From Octopus sinensis (taxonomy: Eukaryota), in assembly GCF_006345805.1 (NCBI RefSeq), contig NW_021825873.1, positions 1 to 14,088 on the forward strand: a DNA stretch of 14,088 bases, written 5' to 3'. The stretch's first letter is position 1. Each line of letters starts with the position of its first letter. The notes under the pieces are model-generated. The model made no database searches and was not told the DNA's origin. It saw nothing but the letters and a program-made list of their open reading frames with translations. Below are positions 1 to 9,388 of this stretch, in pieces. The translations under genes were made by a program, and so were the position numbers.

Positions 1-200
<200 letters not shown>

Positions 201-201
201 T

Positions 202-628
202 AAGGCGTACGATATGATCTCACACTCGTGGATAATGGAATCTAATGAACCTATTTGGTATGCATCGAATGTTGAGTGTTTGCTTGAAAAAAGTATGGTG
301 AATTGGAGAACGGACTTAACAGCATACGGAAGAAGTTTAGAGACTGTAGAAATCAGGAGGGGCATCTTCCAAGGGGACTGCCTCTCCCCACTGATCTTTG
401 TACTGTGCGTCTTACCATTATCACAGATATTGAAGAAAGCAAAAGCTGGGCTTGCATTCAAAAGCCGCCAGCAAAATGTCAATCATTTGTTATTCATGGA
501 TGATCTCAAACTTTAAAGAAAAGATGAAGCCCAAGTCAGTTCCCTCGTTGATACGGTGAATACCTTCAGTGCTGATATCAGAATGGAGTTCGGACTGAAA
601 AAAGTGTGGTGTATTAGTCTTGAAGAGA
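202..628 (+). mobile_element. Decayed non-LTR retrotransposon reverse transcriptase fragment, R4/Dong-like (RLE-type clade)
   Basis: Reads KAYDMISHSW...IRRGIFQGDCLSPLIF...NHLLFMDDLKL*RKDEAQVSSLVDTVNTFSADIRMEFGLK, then after a +1 shift KCGVLVLKR (602-628). The RRGIFQGDxLSPL, HLLFMDDLKL and FSxDIxMEFG motifs are typical of R4/Dong RTs. In-frame TAA at 514-516 where Tyr is expected. Confidence 0.85.
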
Positions 629-630
629 CT

Positions 631-893
631 TGGTGGATGGTGGTGGTTGATGGTGGTACTTATGATGGTGGGGATGATGATGTTGATGGTGATGATGATG
701 ACGGTGATCATAGTAGCAATGATGATGATGAGGAGGAGGACAGTGATGATTATGACGATGATGACGGGGATTATGACGACGATGATGATGATATGATGAT
801 GATAATGATGGTGACGATGAGGATGATGATATGATGATGATAGGATGATGCTATTGATGATGATGATGATGAGGAGGAGGAGGAGGAGGATAT

Positions 894-935
<42 letters not shown>

Positions 936-980
936 CGACGACGACGACGACGATGACGATGATGACGATGGCGATGATGA
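631..980. repeat. Compound (GGT/GAT/GAG/GAC)n trinucleotide microsatellite
   Basis: Successive in-phase blocks of GGT, GAT, GAG and GAC. Confidence 0.95.
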
Positions 981-1412
981 TTACAAAAACGGCAAGAACA
1001 AAGAATAGCATCCAGTCAGTACGACACCGCTTACAATGGCCACAAAATCTTCAATTATTTCGCTTAATTGGATGCATCTTTTTACATTTTACCTTTCCAT
1101 CGAATGACACAATAGAAACACCCGCCGCCACTAACCACTCGCACTAGTAACGCCTCCAGCATCCCACCACCTACATCACCAACCTCACCATCGCCATGAA
1201 CAACACTTCAATCAACATCAATAACAACAAGACCGGGTGTTTCTACATGGACTCTCGATTTGCTAGAAATAGTGACAGAATTTCCTTTCGCTCTAACCTT
1301 CTATCATCTGTAACTGATGCCACCTAAAGCTATGTTGTATAATGTAGGATTCAATACATGGTACATGGTACATGGTACATGTATTATGATACATGTACAT
1401 GTATCATGACAA

Positions 1413-1640
1413 GGGCGGTGAGCTGGCAGAAACGTTAGCACGCCGGGCGAAATGCTTTGCGGTATTTCGTCTGCCGTTACATTCTGAGTTCAAATTCCGC
1501 CGAGGTCGACTTTGCCTTTCATCCTTTCGGGGTCGATAAATTAAAGTTACGCACTGGGGTCGATGTAATCGACTTAATACCTATGTCTATCCTTGTTTGT
1601 CCCCTCTATGTTTAGCCCATTGTGGGTAATAAAGAAATAG
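1413..1640 (+). mobile_element. tRNA-derived SINE family A, full length, tail type 1
   Basis: A-box-like TGGCAGAAACGTTAG (1424-1438), B-box GAGTTCAAATTCC (1486-1498), core GCCTTTCATCCTTTCGGGGTCGATAAA (1514-1540) resembling the Meta/Sauria-SINE central domain. 18-bp TSD with one mismatch (1395-1412 and 1641-1658). Near-identical to 10312-10544. Confidence 0.9.
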
Positions 1641-1990
1641 GTACATGTATCATGTCAATACATGATACATGGAAGAATAGACGGAATGGTCATGAATGGA
1701 ATGCATACGATCAGGATTTACTAAGAGACAACAAAATTGGGTTTTAAACAATATCAACAGCAAACTTTCTCAGCTTCAAAGCCTCCATCACCAGCATCAG
1801 CCGTTCAAGAATTTGGCCCTGGAGATCTCCATTTCCAACGACTTCGAGGGCGACCTCCCAGTGGTGTCAGGCATCAAAAAAGAGCCCTTGACTACAACAA
1901 GGAGACCAAAGTTTTTTTTTTCCAAGGTCTGGGATCTCCCGCCGCTAAGCCCTAGGCCATCACCTAATCCCCTTTACCCGTCTTGTTGCT

Positions 1991-2379
1991 TAACTACAAC
2001 AACAATCACCAGCATCAACACCATCAAACACGCGGAACACGAGCCCCTACTACTGACACCACCACCACCACTACCACCATTACTCTTACCACTACCGTTT
2101 CCACAAGCCGCTCCATCACCATCACAACCACTACTTATTCATACCCAACCACCATCATCTTTTCTGGGTTTTGTATTTTTTATGATTCACGCTTGTCATT
2201 TGAGTAATTCTCACTTGGCACCAACACATCAACTCTCTATGTTTCTGTCTCTCTCAGTCTCTGACTCCTTCCCTCTCTCTGTCTCTCTATTTCTTTCTAC
2301 CTCTCTACCACTCTTTCATATATATAGCGGGCGTGTCTATACTATATATATATATAGATATATATATATATAATATATA

Positions 2380-2419
<40 letters not shown>

Positions 2420-2600
2420 ATAAAATAACACGATACATATATATACATATACATATGCACATGGTACGCACAGATAACATATACATATATACTCGTATCT
2501 CTGTCTCTCTTTCTCTCTCGTTCTTTGTACACGCACACACACGCATGTATGTATGTATGTATATATATATATATATATATACAGTGAACCCTGCTGTATT
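1991..2600. repeat. Low-complexity block: degenerate (CAC/ACC)n, (CT)n, (AT)n, (ATGT)n
   Basis: Directly visible simple repeats; (AT)n at 2341-2415. Confidence 0.9.
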
Positions 2601-2824
2601 CTTTCACCATAACTTTCTCTCACTCTTTCTTCCTCTTTCTGCTGTACCTGTTTTTCTGTGTGTATATGTGCGTATGCATGTGTGTGTGCTGTATTTTTTT
2701 TTTGTGTGTGTGTGTACACACTTTTCACCTAGCATAGTACGAGAACCGTAGGTGCACAATGTCTGTATGCTTAAGAAGTTCAGGTTCAGTTCGTAACCAC
2801 AATGCCCTTGTTTCAATTCCAATG

Positions 2825-3190
2825 CATGACATGTTGAGCAAACGTAGTTTTCACTAGCTTTGGCTGCACCGATTCCTTGAGTGTGAAAACGATTAGAAGT
2901 AAATTGTACAGAATCCCATCGGCTGGATTGCAATACTAATTCAACAGGTACAAACATCTCGGACATTGTATCACGCCAACTCTGCCTACGAATTACGCAG
3001 AGGGTACGCATTTGTGAGGCATGTTGAGAAAATGCTATTTTCTACAACCTCGGGACAACCCACGACTTATGTATGTAAATGGTTAGAACAAAATACAATG
3101 ACGCCTCTCTGACTAGATTACCATAATAACTCAACAGGTACAAACTTGTTACACATTGTATTGCGACGATTCCACCCTGCCAGAGAATTC
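2825..3190. repeat. Old two-copy tandem duplication, period ~190 bp, ~63% identity
   Basis: Ungapped alignment at offset 190 from ATGTTGAG (2831/3021) through TCAACAGGTACAAAC (2941/3131) to ACATTGTAT. Confidence 0.85.
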
Positions 3191-3589
3191 CTTTAAGGAC
3201 ACACCCGTGACAGTGGGGAGATTCAGCCACTTAAACGTAAATTCAAAAGCAGACTCTTCGTCTGAATTTCGAATGACAGAACCACCAACGACAAAACCAC
3301 CCAAAAAAACTATTTCATCCGTCTTTCTAATTCTCGTTCCTCACCCCACCCCCACCACTTTCTTTTCTTTCCTCACTCTATCCCATTCTCTATTTGCTTA
3401 CTCCTTCTCTTCCTTATCGGCTTCCATCAAGAGTGGTATGTACACAGATAGAACTCGCTTTATGAATGAAAGTTTGTGATGTTCTAAGAATGATATTTCG
3501 TCATAGCTAATAAAGGAAAAACGTAGGTTATTCCATATTTTATTACCTCAATTACCTTTACAAATAAAAGTACATAGATGCGCAAACAT

Positions 3590-3848
3590 TCACACACAAA
3601 CGTACATACACGCACACATATATATTTGCATACACACACAACTATATATGTATGTATATATATATATATATATAGTATACCTATATATATATATTTGCAT
3701 ACATATATATACATACAGACATACCGTATACTTGTGTGGGTGTGCATATATAATATACAGAGACATATACACACATACATACATACATACATACATACAT
3801 ACATACATACATACATACATACATACATACATACATACATACATACAT
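3590..3848. repeat. (AC/AT)n and (ATAC)n microsatellites
   Basis: Perfect (ATAC)n at about 3772-3848. Confidence 0.95.
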
Positions 3849-4053
3849 GCATTCATGCGTGCATACTTACATGTTTTGTATCATTCATGGAGGTAAGAAT
3901 AAGCAGATGAAATGGTTACCGTTAAGAGCTTCGGCACAAAAGACTTCTAAAGTAGGTAGCTACCGAAATTCTTAAGCACCAATTACTTTATTTTAAGTGA
4001 TTCCTACAGGGCTCGAAAATCTGAGTTATGACAAATGAACATGCCTGATACAC

Positions 4054-4279
4054 CGGAGGGGTGCTGCAAAGCTCCTGGCTTAAATTGTATTGCGAAAGGC
4101 CTGGTTGGAGGTCCAAGCTTCCGAGTCCTCTTACAGGGCTTAGAAAAACTGAAGGACCGCTGCAATAAGTGTACATAGATGTGAATATGAGAGGGAAATA
4201 TGTTGAATAAAAATCATAAGTAACTGATCCCTCAGTATTTTCTTTTATCCAGAGCCGGGAACTTTTCAGCACCCACTCG
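4054..4279 (+). mobile_element. Internally deleted mariner (Tc1/mariner) non-autonomous element
   Basis: 27-bp TIRs at 4054-4080 and 4253-4279 (21/27 identical), TA at 4280-4281. Retains a mariner transposase C-terminus, QGLEKLKDRCNKC/VNMRGKYVE* (4134-4210), interrupted by an 8-nt insertion at 4173-4180. Confidence 0.85.
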
Positions 4280-4312
4280 TACGAGTAAATTTATTTTTGT
4301 ACACACGTAGAC

Positions 4313-4725
4313 GCAGCGTGGCTGTGTGGTAAGAAGCTTGCTTCCCAACCACATGGTTCCAGGCTCAGTCCCACTGCGTGGCACCTTCGATCAGTGTCTT
4401 CTACTATGGCCTTAGACCGACCAGAGCCTTGCGAGTGGGTTAGGTAGACGGAAACTGAAAGAAGCCTGTTGTATTTATACATATATATATATATGTATGC
4501 GTGTATATTTGTGGGTGTGTGTCTATATTTATTACCCCACCATCGCTTGACAACCGATGTTAGTGTGTTTACGTCCACGAAACTTAGCGGTTCGGCATAA
4601 GAGACCGATAGAATAAGTAGTAGGCGTACTAAGAATAAGTCCTGGGGTCGATTTGTTCGACCATTTGTGGTGCTCCAGCAAGGCTGCAATCAAATGACTG
4701 AAGCAGATAAAAGGATTGAAGAATA
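4313..4725 (+). mobile_element. tRNA-derived SINE family B with internal (AT/GT)n tract
   Basis: A-box TGGCTGTGTGGT (4319-4330), B-box-like AGGCTCAGTCCC (4361-4372), internal microsatellite at about 4471-4525. Homologous to 9130-10078 (minus) and 10158-10752. Confidence 0.85.
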
Positions 4726-4940
4726 TTGGTTTCAAATTTTGGCACAAGTCCAGTAAGTTTGGGAGAGGGGTTAAGTCGATTACATAGGCCCTAGTGCTCA
4801 ACTGGTGCTTATTTCATCAACTCATAAAGACTGAAAAGCAAAGTCGACCTCGGCAGAGTTTGAACTCAAAACGTAAAGACGGACGAAATGCCGCTAAGCT
4901 CATTTTCGGCGTGCTAACGATTCTGCCAGCTCAGCGTCTT
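4726..4940 (-). mobile_element. SINE family A, tail type 2
   Basis: Reverse complement of the family A head and core, with a 3' end homologous to 12085-12285. Confidence 0.85.
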
Positions 4941-4944
4941 ACAT

Positions 4945-5113
4945 TTGTCGATTATATCGACCCCAGTGTGCAACTGGTACTTATTTAATCGACCCCGAAA
5001 GGATGAAAGGCAAAGTCGACCTCGGCGGAATTTGAGCTCAGAACATAGTGGCTGTCGAAATACCGCTAAGCATCTCGCCCGGCGTGCTAGCAATTCTGCC
5101 ACGTCGCCGCCTT
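4945..5113 (-). mobile_element. SINE family A lacking its 3' tail
   Basis: Head, B-box and core (ATCGACCCCGAAAGGATGAAAGGCAAAGTCGACCTCGGCGGAATTTG on +) are intact. It stops where the variable tail would begin. Confidence 0.85.
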
Positions 5114-5630
5114 CAACGTGAAATAAAGTGTCTTGCACGCAACGCGTTGCCAGGTATCGAAAACACGACCATAAGACTGTGAGCCGATTACCCTAACTAC
5201 CTTGTCATGCGCCTTCGCTAATATTCATACAGACATATGTAAATTACGGTGTATCTGATACCTTTACTCCTACCCTCTCTCTCCCACCCACTCCTCCTCT
5301 CCCCTTCTTTCTCTCTCACTCTTACTCACTCATCCTCTCTCAAAATTTCTATGGGAGAATATCCAGTATTTCAGCTCTAAATCAGATCGAAGAATTTGGG
5401 GTTTTCTTTTCTTTTCTTTTTTTTTTATCTCGGGTGCAGTACTAAATTTCGGTACAGATGGTCTGTTACATCATGCTAGTAACTTTTGGCATTAAATTTT
5501 GAAGATGCCAGTTTATCTACCGGGAATAACCAACATTCAGATAGACCAAAAATTAAGAAGATACCGTCAACTGCCAAATTATATCACTAGCTGATAATCG
5601 CCTGAAAACACAATATTACTGTAGTCCTAC

Positions 5631-5676
5631 CTTTAACCTTTAAACTTTGAGGGGTTGCACTTGTTTCATTGTTTAT
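5631..5676 (-). other. Candidate 46-nt coding exon of an unidentified host gene
   Basis: Minus-strand acceptor GCTCGTTTTTGCCTCTTAG| and donor AAG|GTAGGA. Only one open frame: INNETSATPQSLKVK. No homology recognised. Confidence 0.25.
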
Positions 5677-5959
5677 CTAAGAGGCAAAAACGAGCAACAT
5701 AAAGGTAGCTCCTGTTGAAGATGCTTATATTTTAGATAGATGTGTGTTCCACACCTACGTCACAAAACAGCAGATATCTTCAGCAGGTTACATAATAATG
5801 GCAGAGCAGGTTTAACTTGGATCACTGAGGCATTAACTACGAATAGACAACTAAATACACACACACACACACATACATACATATTAATAAAATCCGATGC
5901 AAATACATCCGTTTTCGTAGCTCCCTCACACAAGTATGTACATGTATATACATGCATGT

Positions 5960-5993
5960 AATATCTATCTATCTATCTATCTATCAATCTATC

Positions 5994-6074
<81 letters not shown>

Positions 6075-6094
6075 GTATATATATATATATATAT
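5960..6094. repeat. (ATCT)n plus (AT)n microsatellite
   Basis: Direct tetranucleotide array. Confidence 0.97.
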
Positions 6095-6249
6095 AACCCT
6101 ATACATACACACGTCCAGACCTCTCATACACACACACCCTCATGTTGGAGCTGGTCATTCAACCCTATTATCAACCCTATTATCTCCCCTTATTTCGCTC
6201 TCGCGTCTCATGTTGATCTTTGACCTCTGTCGAAATCAGATCGCCATGT

Positions 6250-6455
6250 TGATTCGTTAGTTACTGCACGCATTTTTTTTCTCTCCTTCTTTCTGGTTTT
6301 TTTTCTCTCTGTGTATCTTTTCTGTTGAGAGCGTAGGCTCGAACGTTAAAGACTTGTTTTATTTATATTTCCTGAGCGCCATACTAATACAATTGTTTGT
6401 TTGTTTCCCACCTGCCTTCGTCTTTTGTCTATTTTCATAAAGCTTCCCGTTATAT
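6250..6455 (+). mobile_element. Probable Penelope-like element (PLE) terminal fragment
   Basis: Contains a minimal hammerhead-like motif typical of PLE termini and ends in (TA)n. No PLE protein sequence is visible, so the call rests on the motif and recalled family resemblance. Confidence 0.45.
6316..6352 (+). ncRNA. Degenerate minimal type I hammerhead ribozyme-like motif
   Basis: CTGTTGA (6322-6328), stem II GAGC-gtag-GCTC, GAAC, GTT, then AAAGA pairing with the upstream TCTTT. A6 is replaced by T and one A of GAAA is missing. Confidence 0.5.
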
Positions 6456-6465
6456 ATATAATTAT

Positions 6466-6731
6466 ATATTTAACATTGTCCCGAGGGAGATCAAAGAAGA
6501 AAAGGATCCCATCAACTTTAAACGGAGTCTGGATAGATTCCGTCAAAGAATACCAGATAAGCCACCCATAATTGGATACAACTCACCCAACAAGAACTCA
6601 CTACTTTAATGGACCATAAACAAAACTTGACTTAAACAGGATTCGAATAATCCTATCAGGTGGTGCTATTAAGTTAGACATGGCCTGGACCAATCTTTGG
6701 TCGAAACATATCTAAGTTTTATCTAAGTTTT
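6466..6731 (+). mobile_element. 5'-truncated CR1/L2-group LINE 3' end
   Basis: ORF2 C-terminus IFNIVPREIKEEKDPINFKRSLDRFRQRIPDKPPIIGYNSPNKNSLL* (to 6609), ~100-nt 3' UTR with hairpin GACCAA-tct-TTGGTC (6688-6702), tail (ATCTAAGTTTT)2 (6710-6731). Flanked by (TA)n. Confidence 0.75.
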
Positions 6732-7087
6732 ATATATATATATAAATCTAAATAATAAGGGTGAAAAGTTTAATATTAATTTGTTTAATATCAATTTAAA
6801 ACCAATGGCCTAGCATATTGAAAAATCTGAAGATTCAGAAAAATTATATTACATATATATAAGAGGGATAACCACTAAGGGGTTTTAAACAGAAGCGATA
6901 TATTCAAAATTGGTAAAACTAAAAATTCTCGTGGATAAATTAAATTTATTATTGTTACTGAAAATGTTAGTGTTATTTAATTTCTGAACAGTTTTGCTGC
7001 CGTTTGTTTATGTAATTTGATTTCTTTATCCATCAGTTTCTACTAAGATAAAGACGCGGGTAAAAATACTGATAGAGAAACGAAAAT

Positions 7088-7373
7088 AAAACTTTGGGAA
7101 CGCAACACCGCCAAAATTAACGTGGAAACTATGAACATGTTTCAAGGGGGATAATCAGAGATTGTGATACATCATGTAAAGTAAAGTAAATATAACAAAT
7201 AATCCAGAATCCTTGACCGGTGCCGGATTCATCCCAAAATCTAATCAATTCCTGCCAGTCACTAGGTCAAACGAGGTCCAACGATTCTTGAGATATCTTG
7301 TCCACGGACAAACAACCGAACAAACACGACTGAAATTAATACATCCGTCTTTTGTTAAGGCGGAGGTAATAAT
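7088..7373 (-). mobile_element. DINE-1/HINE-like (Helentron-associated) non-autonomous element
   Basis: On minus: TTATTACCTCCGCCTT start with a 12-bp inverted repeat (7340-7351/7357-7368, 10/12 Watson-Crick), GTTTGT-type short repeats, and a degenerate inverted subterminal copy (ACACCGCCAA, 7105-7114). Class assigned from architecture. Confidence 0.5.
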
Positions 7374-7409
7374 AAAAATAATAATGTATGCGCTTTTCTC
7401 TCTCTTTTT

Positions 7410-7513
7410 CTCTCTCTACCTATCTATCTCTCTATCTCTCTACATACACGTAGTAGGTATATTGTACATTAGATATATATTGTATATATATATATATATA
7501 TTATCTATATATA

Positions 7514-7554
<41 letters not shown>

Positions 7555-7867
7555 CATGTATGTGCCTGTGATGTGTTATTTCTATGTATGTATACAAATG
7601 TATATAAATACATACGAACATAAATACAGAGCTATATATATAATATATATCTATATATATATATATAATCTATATATATATATATATATAGACACACTCA
7701 GATAGATACATCTATATCCATACTTAAATATATATAAACTTACATGCATATATACATGGATGTGTGAGTGTTTGTGTAGACATACACACACACACACACA
7801 CCCACACCCACACCCACACACACACGCACATACACACAAACACTACACAGACACATAGACAAACACG

Positions 7868-7911
<44 letters not shown>

Positions 7912-7915
7912 ATAT
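7410..7915. repeat. (CT)n, (AT)n and (CA)n microsatellite block
   Basis: Direct simple repeats. Confidence 0.95.
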
Positions 7916-8294
7916 ATCAATGAACACACCGACGGTTATTTATTATTTTAAACAAGTAGCGCAAACGTGAGCTGCTTCAACACGATACTTAGCAGGTGTA
8001 GGATGAGGTCAGGTATAACAGGTTTGTACTGAAGATAAGCTGGCATCTTCGAAATTTATTGCCAAGGTTAAAAAAACAAACAAAACAGCAAGTGTGACAC
8101 AACATACTGTCTACTTCTTCCTCGGATTATAAGAAATCAGGTATTATTTCATTGATATTATAGATGGTTAGTGGAGGCTGATCTGTTAAGGGTGTTGCGA
8201 GGAAGAGGTAGTGTCCGAGAAGTATGTAAGAAGTTGCATGAAGGTTAAGAGAGAGAGAGCTGATAGCAGATAAATAGTTAAACTGCTACGCAAA

Positions 8295-8458
8295 CACGTG
8301 CACACACGTACACACACACACACACAAAAACACACACACATATACACACACACATACACCCGCTTGCACATATGTATATATATATGTGTGTGTATATGAA
8401 AATATTTATATATATATACATATATAAACATAAATATATATATATATGTAGGTATATA

Positions 8459-8493
<35 letters not shown>

Positions 8494-8552
8494 ATATATA
8501 TATAGGGATATTTATGCATATCTATTTATACATGAAATGATAGAGAGAAAAG

Positions 8553-8595
<43 letters not shown>

Positions 8596-8664
8596 GTAGA
8601 TAGATAGATAGATAGATAGAATAGATAGATAGATAGATAGATAGATAGAAGAGAGATGGATGAG

Positions 8665-8707
<43 letters not shown>

Positions 8708-8749
8708 GATAGATAGATAGTAATAGATAGATAGATAGATAGATAGATC

Positions 8750-8802
<53 letters not shown>

Positions 8803-8930
8803 GTAAACTTTCTTATTTTATGATATACTCTTGCAGAAATATATATACATAGATATATATACATCGCTATGTATGTATGTATATTTGTATGTATGTATGT
8901 ATGTATACATGTATATATGTATGTATGTGT
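8295..8930. repeat. (CA/TA)n, (ATAG)n (8553-8802) and (TATG)n microsatellites
   Basis: Direct simple repeats. Confidence 0.95.
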
Positions 8931-9002
8931 TTCTTATAGATTTTAAACCGGCGCTATATCTACAAATTAATTAATTATTTAAGCAATTAATTAAAATCAG
9001 AA

Positions 9003-9118
9003 TGTAAATTAAAATTAAATTGATTTATCATATTATAAATTATATTGTAAATTATTATATTGTGAATTATTATATTATAAATTATATTGTAAATTAAAAT
9101 TATATTGATTTATAATTT
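9003..9118. repeat. AT-rich minisatellite-like patch
   Basis: Exact 25-bp repeat ATATTATAAATTATATTGTAAATTA at 9030-9054 and 9072-9096, and a 26-bp repeat with one mismatch at 9003-9028 and 9088-9113. Confidence 0.85.
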
Positions 9119-9129
9119 ATCCTGTAAGT

Positions 9130-9324
9130 TTTTGTTTCAAAAGTTGGAGTGAGGCCAAGCTGGGGCATCGACTCGATGCGTTTAGACGACAAAATGTATC
9201 CAGGTACTCATTTTAATTCTGGGACATATGATACCAATGTCTTTTTATCTAACCACTAAATCACAGTGATACAAACAAATCAGTTCTATTTGTTAAACAC
9301 CAAATGACAAAACCTCGTATGTAC

Positions 9325-9388
<64 letters not shown>

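Noticed and set aside
1413-1500. SINE heads as tRNA genes
   Set aside because: A/B boxes are present but spacing is expanded, there is no cloverleaf, and they are fused to SINE bodies.
1696-2373. 225-aa ORF, the longest in the window, and a minus-strand GGRPRSRWK motif at 1832-1859
   Set aside because: The second half is CAC/CT/AT microsatellite. The first half has no motif I recognise. The RTE-like GRPxxRW lacks the expected upstream GH motif and sits among stops.
5139-5150. Perfect 12-bp palindrome GCAACGCGTTGC
   Set aside because: About three are expected by chance in 14 kb (14088/4^6).
6159-6182. 12-bp tandem duplication TCAACCCTATTA x2
   Set aside because: Ordinary slippage. It is not a telomeric repeat array.
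6825-6845. CTGAAGA followed by AGAAA
   Set aside because: No room for stem II. It is a simple TCTGAA/TTCAGA hairpin.
8024-8066. Third hammerhead-like string CTGAAGA...CGAAA
   Set aside because: The best stem (GAAGAT/ATCTTC) sequesters the core, and stems I and III cannot be formed with a valid NUH triplet.
8164-8221. Possible plus-strand exon WLVEADLLRVLRGRGSVRE with a GTATGT donor
   Set aside because: Weak acceptor, no recognisable homology, and opposite strand to the better exon candidate.
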